A stretch of DNA of 20,782 nucleotides from Pedosphaera sp. GTDB taxonomy: Bacteria > Verrucomicrobiota > Verrucomicrobiia > Limisphaerales > SIBH01. The notes below the pieces were generated by a model. It ran no database searches. It was not told where the DNA came from and saw only the letters and a program-made list of their open reading frames with translations. The translations under genes and the position numbers were made by a program. Shown piece after piece: positions 1 to 10,242 of this stretch; position 1 is the first letter of the stretch; each line of letters opens with the position of its first letter. The DNA is taken from assembly GCA_031414955.1 (NCBI GenBank), contig JANOQV010000185.1, forward strand, positions 1 to 20,782, read 5' to 3'.

Positions 1-542
<542 letters not shown>

Positions 543-632
543 GTGTTTTTGAAAATATGGCCGCGACGCTGGCAAATCGTCGGAAGGCTGACAAGCGCAG
601 GTTCAAGGTCGCCCGCCCGAAAAATCCCCTCT

Positions 633-660
633 TTGCACGCGGTGGAAAAATCACTACTGT
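633..660 (+). promoter_or_regulatory. Candidate sigma70-type promoter for aspartate kinase
   Basis: TTGCAC(633-638)-N16-TACTGT(655-660), 37 nt upstream of the ATG; same TTGCAC-N16-TAnnnT layout as at 2001-2028. Confidence 0.35.
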
Positions 661-697
661 GCGCCCCCTTGTCGGCGCAGGCCGGCGAAAACAACTC

Positions 698-1915
698 ATG
701 GCGTTGATCGTACAGAAATTCGGCGGCACCTCGGTCGGCAATCCCGACCGGATCAAGAATGTCGCCCGCCGCGTGGCGGAATACCGCCAGCGCGGCGACC
801 AGATCGTCGTTGTGGTTTCGGCCATGAGCGGCGTGACCGATGGCTTGATCAAGCTGGCCAAGGAAATCATGCCCCTGCCTACCGAGCGCGAGATGGACAT
901 GCTGCTCGCGACTGGCGAGCAGACCACCATCGCGCTGACCGCCATGGCGCTGCACGCGCTGAACATCCCGGCGGCTTCGCTCACGGGTGCGCAGGCCGGC
1001 ATCGTCACCGACGGGGTCCACACCAAGGCGAAGATTCAGAACATCACGCCCAAGGAGGTTCACGCCATGCTCGACGCGGGCAACGTGGTCATTGTGGCGG
1101 GTTTTCAAGGGCAGACGCCCACCGGCCAGATCACCACGCTGGGTCGTGGGGGTTCGGACCTCACCGCCATCGCGCTGGCCGCCGCCTTGAAGGCGGACCT
1201 TTGCCAGATTTACACGGATGTGGACGGTGTTTATACCGCCGATCCGCGCATCGTGCCGGGCGCGCGCAAGCTGGAGGAGATTTCCTACGACGAAATGCTC
1301 GAACTGGCCGGGGCCGGGGCCAAGGTAATGCAGTCACGCTCCGTCGAGTTCGCCAAGAAATTCGGCGTGGTCTTTGAAGTCCGCTCCAGCCTGAACGACA
1401 ACCCAGGAACCATCGTGAGAGAAGAAACCAAAAGCATGGAAGACGTCGTGATTCGCGGCGTCGCGTTGGACAAGAACCAGGCCAAGATCACGCTCGCCGC
1501 CGTGCCCGACCGGCCCGGCGTGGCCGCGCGCATTTTCAAGGCTCTGGCGGACGCGAACGTCAACGTGGATATGATCGTGCAGACCGCCAGCCACGGCGGC
1601 GGTGCGAAGGCCACCGACATATCCTTCACTCTGGACAAACCCGAGCTGCTCAAGGCGCAAAAGACGCTCGACGGCATCAAGGGCGAGACGGGCGTGCGGG
1701 AAGTCATCGCCGATGAGAAGATCGGCAAGCTCTCCATCGTGGGCGTAGGCATGCGCAGCCACTCTGGCGTCGCGGCGAAGATGTTTGAGACGCTGGCCGC
1801 CGAAGGGGTGAACATCGAGATGATTTCGACAAGCGAGATCAAAATCTCCGTGGTCATCGACTTGGCCAAGGGCGAGTCGGCCATGAAGGCAGTCCACGCG
1901 GCGTTCTTGGGTTGA
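698..1915 (+). CDS. lysC: Aspartate kinase (405 aa, two C-terminal ACT domains)
   Basis: MALIVQKFGGTSVG, VVVVSAM, TTLGRGGSDLTA, IYTDVDGVYTADPR, ACT motifs DRPGVAARIF and NIEMISTSEIKIS. Start placed at ATG 698 rather than the ORF-track start 557. Confidence 0.97.
   Translation: MALIVQKFGGTSVGNPDRIKNVARRVAEYRQRGDQIVVVVSAMSGVTDGLIKLAKEIMPLPTEREMDMLLATGEQTTIALTAMALHALNIPAASLTGAQAGIVTDGVHTKAKIQNITPKEVHAMLDAGNVVIVAGFQGQTPTGQITTLGRGGSDLTAIALAAALKADLCQIYTDVDGVYTADPRIVPGARKLEEISYDEMLELAGAGAKVMQSRSVEFAKKFGVVFEVRSSLNDNPGTIVREETKSMEDVVIRGVALDKNQAKITLAAVPDRPGVAARIFKALADANVNVDMIVQTASHGGGAKATDISFTLDKPELLKAQKTLDGIKGETGVREVIADEKIGKLSIVGVGMRSHSGVAAKMFETLAAEGVNIEMISTSEIKISVVIDLAKGESAMKAVHAAFLG
1436..1915 (+). 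CDS. Probable in-frame aspartate kinase beta (regulatory) subunit from internal Met247 (159 aa)
   Basis: Met247 (MEDVVIRGVALDK) lies at the kinase/ACT boundary and is preceded by the A/G-rich tract GTGAGAGAAGAAACCAAAAGC in an otherwise GC3-rich gene; matches the alpha2beta2 arrangement of Corynebacterium, Thermus and Bacillus AKII. Confidence 0.6.
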   Translation: MEDVVIRGVALDKNQAKITLAAVPDRPGVAARIFKALADANVNVDMIVQTASHGGGAKATDISFTLDKPELLKAQKTLDGIKGETGVREVIADEKIGKLSIVGVGMRSHSGVAAKMFETLAAEGVNIEMISTSEIKISVVIDLAKGESAMKAVHAAFLG

Positions 1916-2000
1916 GCCGCTAAAGGCGGAACTGCCCGCACCGGTCGGAGCGAGGCCGGCCCGGTGTTGCGGCGCACAGGCCGGAGCCGGAACTCGAGGT

Positions 2001-2028
2001 TTGCACAACCCGCATTGTCCTGTAGAAT
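2001..2028 (+). promoter_or_regulatory. Candidate sigma70-type promoter for the lamin-tail protein gene
   Basis: TTGCAC(2001-2006)-N16-TAGAAT(2023-2028), 19 nt before ATG 2048. Confidence 0.5.
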
Positions 2029-2047
2029 CTCGCACCTGAAATCAGAT

Positions 2048-4549
2048 ATGAAACGATTGCTCACAATTCTTTGTTGCGCGACCCTGGCCATGCCGGTTCT
2101 CGCCCAAACTGTTCACCTCAACGAAGTGCTGGCCAATGGCGTGACGGCGCTCGGCGGCTCGTTTGACGGCGTGGAAATCTACAACAGCGGCGGCATGCCG
2201 GCGGACCTCAGCGACTACAGCCTGAGCGATTCGGTCCTGAGCACGCGCAAGTATGTCTTCCCCGCCGCCACCGTGGTGCCGGCCGGGGGCTTCCTGACCG
2301 TGGTGCTGGACCCGGCGAACACCAACAACAACTTCGGACTCAAGAGCAGCGGCGATACGGTGTACCTCTACACGCCGGGCGGATTGCCCATCGATCAGAT
2401 CACGTTTGGACTACAGGTGGCGGACCTGTCCCTCGGCCGCGTGCCCGATGGCAGCGGTCCCTGGACGCTGACAAGTCCGACCTTTGGCAGCGCCAATGCG
2501 GCCGTGGCGCTCTCCGCGCCCGAAGGCGTGAAGTTCAATGAGTGGATGGCCAACCCCTCCTCGGGCGATGACTATTTCGAGCTGTTCAATTCCAACACCA
2601 ACCCGGTCGCGCTCGGCGGCTTGATTCTGAAGGACAGCGGACTCGTGGTCACGGTCATTGCGGCGCATTCCTTCATCGGCGTGGGCGTGAACGGTTTCAT
2701 CGCCTTCATCGCGGACGATGACACTGCGGCCGGCGCGGATCATGTGGCTTTCAAATTGGGTGCTGGCGGTGATAGCCTCTACTTAAGCAATGCGTTAGGC
2801 ACGACGCTCTTTGACACGGTGACCTTCGGCCTTCAGGGCCAGGGTCTCTCAGAAGGGCGTCTGCCAGATGGCGGTCCGCCGCCGTTCCGGACGTTTCCGA
2901 ATCACGCCACACCCGGCGAGCCGAACTTCGGACTGATCACGAGCATTCAGATCAGCGAGTTGCTGGCCCACACTGATCCGCCGCTCGAGGACGCGATTGA
3001 GTTGTACAACGCCACCGACATCAACAAGGACTTGGGCGGTTGGTATGTGAGCGACAAGTTCGAGGATTTGACCCGTTATCGCATCCCGAACGGCACGATG
3101 GTGCCGGCGCGCGGCTATGCGGTCATTTACGAGTACCAGTTCAACGGTGCAGGCGGGGTCAACCCCACCCACCCGTTCACGTTCAACTCCGCGCATGGCG
3201 GCAGCCTTTTCCTGACCGAGCCAGACTCAGGTGGCACGTTGATCAATTATCTCGAACAGGATTTTCCCGCGTCGGAAAACGGGGTGTCATTCGGACGCCT
3301 GGTCGCGAGCGACGGCAAGGCCCACTTCACCGCGATGGCCAGAAGATCCTTCGGGCGCGATGGGGCGTTGCCATCGGGCATAGCGGGGCTGGCCGTGTTC
3401 CGACAGGGGACGGGGCTGACCAACAGTCCCGGGCCGAAGATTGGCCCGGTGATCATCAATGAACTTATGTTCCAGCCGCCGGACATCATCGAGGGCGGGG
3501 TGACGAACGACAATTCGCTGGATGAATTCATCGAACTGCGCAACGTGACGACCAGCTTGGTGCGGCTCTACGATCCGAATGCCCTGACCAATCACTGGAA
3601 GCTGGCCAATGGCGTCAGCTACGAGTTCTCGACCAATGACACGATTCCCGCGCTGGGCTACATCCTGGTGGTGAATTTCGACCCGGTGACCAACACGATC
3701 CAAACGGTGGCGTTTCGCGCCAAGTATGGAGTCGCGGAGAGCGTGCCGCTCTATGGCCCGTACTCGGGCAAGCTCGACAACAACGGCGAACCGATTGAAC
3801 TGTTTAAGCCGGACCCGCCGCAGGGGGTCGGCCATCCCGACGAGGGCTTTGTGCCGTTCATCCTGGTGGACAAGGTGCGCTACAACGACGCCGCGCCCTG
3901 GCCGACCAACGCCGCCGGCACCGGCAAGTCTTTGCAGCGCAACGTCATCCCCGGCTTCGGCAACGATCCGACGAACTGGACCGCCGCCCTGCCCAACGCC
4001 GGACGGTTGAACGCCCAGATTCTCAACATCATCACGCAACCCCAGAGCCAGTCGGTGCTCACCAAGAGCAATGCGGTATTCACGGTGGAAGTGGAGGGAG
4101 ACCTGCCCGCCTACCAATGGTACAAGCGGAGGGATAAGATTCCTGGAGCCCGGGGTCGGGGGCCATCGCTGATCATTACCAACGCCTCGCGGCTCCGCCA
4201 CGCGAGCACCTACTCGGTGCGGGTGACCAATATCGCCGGGAGTGTGAAAAGTTCGAATGCGACTCTCTCGGTGATTACGCCGGTGAAGATTAGCCTTCAG
4301 CCGCGGAACAAAACGGTGGTGCAAGGCCGCAGTGTGACGAACACCGCCCGGGCCACAGGCACGAAACCCTTCGCCTGGCAATGGTGGCAGAACGGGAGCC
4401 CGATCCTCGACGCAACGAATTCCCGCCTGATCATCACCAACTTCCAGCCCGTGATCAGCGAAGGCGTCTATACCGCCACGGTCAGCAACCTGTTGAGCGG
4501 CGCGGTGAGTTTCCCGGCCACTCTTACGTTGAAGACGAACTCGCCCTGA
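2048..4549 (+). CDS. Secreted/surface protein, 4 lamin-tail-domain (LTD) repeats plus 2 Ig-like domains (833 aa)
   Basis: Signal peptide MKRLLTILCCATLAMPVLA. Four repeats of the LTD pattern: VHLNEVLAN..VEIYN, VKFNEWMAN..FELFN, IQISELLAH..IELYN, VIINELMFQ..IELRN. Two Ig-like repeats: IITQPQSQSV..YQWYK..YSVRVTN and ISLQPRNKTV..WQWWQNG..YTATVSN. Confidence 0.85.
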   Translation: MKRLLTILCCATLAMPVLAQTVHLNEVLANGVTALGGSFDGVEIYNSGGMPADLSDYSLSDSVLSTRKYVFPAATVVPAGGFLTVVLDPANTNNNFGLKSSGDTVYLYTPGGLPIDQITFGLQVADLSLGRVPDGSGPWTLTSPTFGSANAAVALSAPEGVKFNEWMANPSSGDDYFELFNSNTNPVALGGLILKDSGLVVTVIAAHSFIGVGVNGFIAFIADDDTAAGADHVAFKLGAGGDSLYLSNALGTTLFDTVTFGLQGQGLSEGRLPDGGPPPFRTFPNHATPGEPNFGLITSIQISELLAHTDPPLEDAIELYNATDINKDLGGWYVSDKFEDLTRYRIPNGTMVPARGYAVIYEYQFNGAGGVNPTHPFTFNSAHGGSLFLTEPDSGGTLINYLEQDFPASENGVSFGRLVASDGKAHFTAMARRSFGRDGALPSGIAGLAVFRQGTGLTNSPGPKIGPVIINELMFQPPDIIEGGVTNDNSLDEFIELRNVTTSLVRLYDPNALTNHWKLANGVSYEFSTNDTIPALGYILVVNFDPVTNTIQTVAFRAKYGVAESVPLYGPYSGKLDNNGEPIELFKPDPPQGVGHPDEGFVPFILVDKVRYNDAAPWPTNAAGTGKSLQRNVIPGFGNDPTNWTAALPNAGRLNAQILNIITQPQSQSVLTKSNAVFTVEVEGDLPAYQWYKRRDKIPGARGRGPSLIITNASRLRHASTYSVRVTNIAGSVKSSNATLSVITPVKISLQPRNKTVVQGRSVTNTARATGTKPFAWQWWQNGSPILDATNSRLIITNFQPVISEGVYTATVSNLLSGAVSFPATLTLKTNSP

Positions 4550-4641
4550 GCGTTGGGCTGCAACCGGAGCCGGGGAGCGAATTGAGATGCGGTTAAAATA
4601 GCTTTTGAATCAACCGGCCCTGCCTGTTTGTATTTGCGCGC

Positions 4642-5304
4642 ATGGAAGTTCGCCAGGCGCAATTCAAGCGCGTTACTAAGGAAACGCAAATCGCGATCAA
4701 GTTGGTCATCGACGGCAGGGGTCGTTCCACGATCCGAACCGGCGTGCCGTTCTTTGACCACATGCTGACTCTGTTCGCGAAGCATGCCGTGGTGGATCTG
4801 AATCTGCGTTGTCGCGGAGATCTCGAAGTGGACGCACATCACACCGTGGAAGATTGCGGCCTCGCGCTCGGCCAGGCCTTTCTGCGCGCGCTCGGCGATA
4901 AAAAGGGAATCCGGCGCTACGGCAGTGGATTTGATCCGCGCAACCCGCTGACCGGCGAGGCCTACGTGCCGATGGATGAATGTCTCTCGCGTTGTGTCGT
5001 CGATTTCAGCGGCCGGCCCTACCTCGTGTGGCGCGGGTTGGACAAATTTGGTTTCAAAAGCGTGAGCAAACAGGAGAAGATCCAAGACATGTCGAGCGCG
5101 TTTCGCTTCGGCCTCGCCCGGGAGTTTTTCCAGGGCTTCGCCAACGAGGCGCGCTGCAATCTGCACCTCGAACTGCTCTACGGAGAAGAGCCGCACCATG
5201 TGAGCGAGGGACTGTTCAAGGCCTTTGCCAAGGCGGTCGATTTTGCCTGTCAGCGCGACCCCCGGATTGCGGGGGAATTGCCCAGTACCAAAGGGCTTTT
5301 GTGA
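4642..5304 (+). CDS. hisB: Imidazoleglycerol-phosphate dehydratase (monofunctional)
   Basis: RVTKETQI, TGVPFFDHML, GDLEVDAHHTVEDCG, PMDE, DFSGRPYL, second His motif EPHHVSE..FKAF, C-terminal PSTKGLL. Confidence 0.96.
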   Translation: MEVRQAQFKRVTKETQIAIKLVIDGRGRSTIRTGVPFFDHMLTLFAKHAVVDLNLRCRGDLEVDAHHTVEDCGLALGQAFLRALGDKKGIRRYGSGFDPRNPLTGEAYVPMDECLSRCVVDFSGRPYLVWRGLDKFGFKSVSKQEKIQDMSSAFRFGLAREFFQGFANEARCNLHLELLYGEEPHHVSEGLFKAFAKAVDFACQRDPRIAGELPSTKGLL

Positions 5305-5308
5305 GGTT

Positions 5309-5334
5309 TGAATAGCACGGGAGACACTCCCGTC
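5309..5334 (+). promoter_or_regulatory. Candidate ECF-sigma promoter in front of the ECF sigma gene, overlapped by a 7-bp palindrome
   Basis: TGAATA(5309-5314)-N16-CGTC(5331-5334) resembles the TGAAAC-N16-CGTC/A consensus of B. subtilis SigX/SigM/SigW. Perfect inverted repeat ACGGGAG-ACA-CTCCCGT at 5317-5333. Confidence 0.4.
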
Positions 5335-5341
5335 AGAACCG

Positions 5342-5944
5342 ATGGCGTCGAAGAAAGATTACCCGAGCATGGATGACGTTGCGCTCTTTCGAGCAGCGCA
5401 AAAGGGCAACATGCCGGCTTTCGAAGAACTGGTGGCGCGCCACCGCGACAAGATTTACGCGCGCGCCTTCAGCATGATTCGGAACGAGGAAGACGCCACT
5501 GATCTTTCGCAGGAAGCATGGGTGAAGGCCTGGCAGCGGCTGAAACAGTTCCAGGGTGATTCAAGTTTTCTCACCTGGATGACGCGGATTGTCATCAACC
5601 TCTGCCTCGACAAGCTGCGCAAGCAGAAGCGCGAGCGGGCCGAGTCGATTGAGAACCTCGAGGAAGAGTCGGGCGGGGTGGAGCGGCTGATGCCCGCCGT
5701 GATCATCAACCCGACGGAGCGGCTGGAGCGGGGTGAGTTGCGGCAGAGAATCGACAAGGCGCTGGCCCTGCTCTCGTATGAGCACCGCACCGTGCTGATT
5801 CTGCATGAATTTGAAGAGCTGGAGTACAAAGAGATCGCGAAGCGAATGGAGTGCTCCATCGGGACGGTAATGTCCCGGCTGTTTTACGCGCGTCGCAAAA
5901 TGGCCGTGCTCATGGCAAGTTACAAACGCGAGGAAATGAAATGA
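5342..5944 (+). CDS. RNA polymerase ECF-family sigma factor
   Basis: Region 2 (AFEELVARHRDKIY..DATDLSQEAWVKAWQRL..F..WMTRIVINLCLDKLRK) and region 4 (LSYEHRTVLILHEFEELEYKEIAKRMECSIGTVMSRLFYAR). Alternative start at Met10 (5369). Confidence 0.95.
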   Translation: MASKKDYPSMDDVALFRAAQKGNMPAFEELVARHRDKIYARAFSMIRNEEDATDLSQEAWVKAWQRLKQFQGDSSFLTWMTRIVINLCLDKLRKQKRERAESIENLEEESGGVERLMPAVIINPTERLERGELRQRIDKALALLSYEHRTVLILHEFEELEYKEIAKRMECSIGTVMSRLFYARRKMAVLMASYKREEMK

Positions 5945-6441
5945 ACGTGGAATTGGGAATTAAATTACAGGCGCAGCTCGACGGTGAACTCACCGGCCGG
6001 GAGGCTCAAGAAGTCGCGGCGTTGCTGGAAATAGACGCCGAAGCCCGGGCCTTGTTCGTCGAGTTGCAACAGACGAAGTTGTTGCTCGCGGGGAACGAGC
6101 CGGAATTCCGCCTGCCTGAATCGCGCGAGTTTTTCTGGAGCAAGATCGAGCGCGAGATTTCACGCCAAGAGACTGCACCGTCCGGATCCACGCCGGTTTG
6201 GATACTCTTCTTGCAGCGCCATTTCGCCGCCCTTGGCACTACGGCGGTGGCTGCCGCACTGGTGATGTTTCTGGTCGTGAACTCGATGGTGCCAGCGATG
6301 TTTGAGGAGATTGAAAACCCGCTCGAAGATTCGGACTCCTTCTCCTTTCGCTCCGAATCACAGCAGATGACCCTGGTGTGGATCGCCAACCCTTATGTGG
6401 ATGGGGAAGACAACACCGAGGCCGCACCGGATCTCCAATAG
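5941..6441 (+). CDS. Putative membrane-anchored anti-sigma factor (166 aa)
   Basis: ATGA overlap with the sigma stop; N-terminal anti-sigma-like LQAQLDGELTGREAQEVAALL; one hydrophobic segment (FAALGTTAVAAALVMFLVV); short acidic C-terminal part. Confidence 0.8.
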   Translation: MNVELGIKLQAQLDGELTGREAQEVAALLEIDAEARALFVELQQTKLLLAGNEPEFRLPESREFFWSKIEREISRQETAPSGSTPVWILFLQRHFAALGTTAVAAALVMFLVVNSMVPAMFEEIENPLEDSDSFSFRSESQQMTLVWIANPYVDGEDNTEAAPDLQ

Positions 6442-6446
6442 TCCCA

Positions 6447-6974
6447 ATGACCGCTCTTTATTTCATGCACCGGCACCTCCGGCAGGGTTTGACCGCCCTC
6501 ATCCTCGTGGTCGGTCTCGGCACCGGGATTGGCGCGGAGCGGAAACTGGAAGCCCGATTGATTTGGGGCACAAACGACGAGAAGTCACCCGACAAAAGCC
6601 ATAAACCGTTGGATGGCGATTTGGCGAAAAAACTGACCGAAATGCCCTTTAAGTGGAAAAAGTTTTTCGAGGTCAACCGTCAGGTCTTTGCCATCGACAC
6701 CACGAACTACACCAAGATCGTGATGAGCAAGAAGTGCTACATTGAGGTCAAGGACAAGGGGGCCAACAATGTGACGGTGAAAGTTTACGGTGATGGCAAG
6801 CAGGTCAAACGGGTGGACAAGCCCCTGCCCAAGGGCGAGGTTCTAACCATCGGTGGCGATGCCAAGGACAACAATGCGTGGTTCATCACGGTGCGCTCGG
6901 TGAATGCCGAAACAAAATCCGCAGCTCCGCTAAATACGGAGCCTGTCATCGCCAAGCCGGCACCGGCGAAGTAG
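6447..6974 (+). CDS. Hypothetical exported, Lys-rich protein; third gene of the ECF operon
   Basis: ATG 5 nt after the anti-sigma stop (alternative ATG 6465); signal-like LTALILVVGLGTGIGA; normal codon usage; Pro/Ala tail; followed by the terminator. Confidence 0.75.
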   Translation: MTALYFMHRHLRQGLTALILVVGLGTGIGAERKLEARLIWGTNDEKSPDKSHKPLDGDLAKKLTEMPFKWKKFFEVNRQVFAIDTTNYTKIVMSKKCYIEVKDKGANNVTVKVYGDGKQVKRVDKPLPKGEVLTIGGDAKDNNAWFITVRSVNAETKSAAPLNTEPVIAKPAPAK

Positions 6975-6994
6975 CTGGTCGCAACTTTCCTGAG

Positions 6995-7031
6995 AATAAA
7001 AACGCCCCGCACTCGCGGGGCGTTTCGTTTT
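6995..7031. terminator. Bidirectional intrinsic terminator between convergent operons
   Basis: AAACGCCCCGC(7000-7010)-ACTC-GCGGGGCGTTT(7015-7025), a perfect 11-bp stem with an A-tract on the left and a T-rich tract on the right. Confidence 0.85.
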
Positions 7032-7068
7032 CAACCGGCTGGCGCGATGGCGGCCGTTCCCGCGCCCA

Positions 7069-9027
<1,959 letters not shown>

Positions 9028-9032
9028 AGTTT

Positions 9033-10241
9033 TCAATAAGACCTTCGATACAGGTTGACGTTTTGCAGGATGCCAATCGCGATCAACGAGCAGAGCACCG
9101 AGCTGCCACCATAACTGAGCAGCGGCAACGGCACGCCCGTCACGGGCATCAGGCGGATGTTCATGCCGATATTGATGAACACATGGCTGAAGAAGAGCGT
9201 GACCACGCCCACCGCCAGCAGTTTGCCCAGGCGATCGCGCGCCTGGCCGGCAATTCTAATGCCCGTGAACAACACCACGGAGTACAACGCGATAACAATC
9301 ACGCTCCCCATGAATCCTTTCTCCTCGGCAATGACGGAGAAAATGAAATCGGTATGCGCCGCGCCCGGCGGCAGAAATCCCAGCGCCGTCTGGTCGCCCT
9401 CGCACCAGCCCTTGCCGGTCAGGCCGCCCGAGCCGACCGAGATCAGGGCCTGGCGTCCTTGGTAGGATTTGGCCCGCTGCAAGCGTTGCGCCTGCTCCCG
9501 TTGCTCCTTGGTGGCGTTGGGCGGCGCGAAATCCTTCCCGAAATAAACCAGCAGCCGCTGGCGCTGATACTCCTCCAGCTTGATCGTCCACCAACCCGGC
9601 GGAGCAAACAGGATATCCACGAGGAACAGTGCGGCCAGCAACCCGAGCAGGCCGATGAATTTCGCCATGTAGCGCCGCGGCACGCCGGACGCGATCATCA
9701 TCATCAGTCCCGTGGGTAAAAAAATCAGCGCCGAGCCGAGGTCCGGCTCCTTCATGACGAGCAGGAACGGCAGGCCGATCAGTCCGATGGCTTTGAAGAA
9801 AATCGCCGGCGAGCGCAATTCCTCCAGCGGGCGGCTCAGGTAGTTGGCAAAGGCCATGATGAACGCGACCTTGGCGAATTCCGAGGGCTGGAGGAGAAAG
9901 AATCCCAGATCAAACCAGCGTTGCGCCCCGCCCCGCATCGTGCCCAGGCCGGGAATCAACACCGCCACCAGCATCAAGATCATGATCCAGTACCCGACCA
10001 TCGACCACCGCGACAGCGAGCGATAATCAATGAAGCACAGGGCCAGGGCCGCGCCCAAACCGATGACGTACCAAAAAGCCTGCCGGACAAAGAGCGCCTT
10101 GTGCCACGGAATGGTGTTGGCCTCGTAGGCCAGGGTCGCGCTGTACACGAACAGCACGCCCGTCAGCATCAGGCCCGCCAGACTGGCGAGTTGGAGCCAC
10201 TCCACTCGCGACCGATTTTCAGTTTGTCCGATGGCAAACAT
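9033..10241 (-). CDS. rodA: Rod shape-determining protein RodA (SEDS peptidoglycan glycosyltransferase)
   Basis: GAQRWF, QPSEFAK, EPDLGSA, GSGGLTGKG, AHTDFIFSVIAEE, PVTGVPLPLLSYGGSS; multiple TM segments; directly downstream of mrdA. Confidence 0.95.
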   Translation of the reverse strand: MFAIGQTENRSRVEWLQLASLAGLMLTGVLFVYSATLAYEANTIPWHKALFVRQAFWYVIGLGAALALCFIDYRSLSRWSMVGYWIMILMLVAVLIPGLGTMRGGAQRWFDLGFFLLQPSEFAKVAFIMAFANYLSRPLEELRSPAIFFKAIGLIGLPFLLVMKEPDLGSALIFLPTGLMMMIASGVPRRYMAKFIGLLGLLAALFLVDILFAPPGWWTIKLEEYQRQRLLVYFGKDFAPPNATKEQREQAQRLQRAKSYQGRQALISVGSGGLTGKGWCEGDQTALGFLPPGAAHTDFIFSVIAEEKGFMGSVIVIALYSVVLFTGIRIAGQARDRLGKLLAVGVVTLFFSHVFINIGMNIRLMPVTGVPLPLLSYGGSSVLCSLIAIGILQNVNLYRRSY

Positions 10242-10242
10242 G

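Noticed and set aside
543..697. Lysine riboswitch or leader peptide upstream of aspartate kinase
   Set aside because: Only 155 nt shared with a divergent gene, no terminator or Lys/Thr-rich leader seen, and a candidate promoter lies close to the ATG.
1916..1980. GC-rich stems after lysC as a terminator
   Set aside because: Imperfect pairing and no U-tract.
3287..4381. 364-aa minus-strand ORF, and similar antisense ORFs such as 19082-20146, 126-707 and 4468-5199
   Set aside because: Antisense to well-supported genes, with the composition typical of shadow frames.
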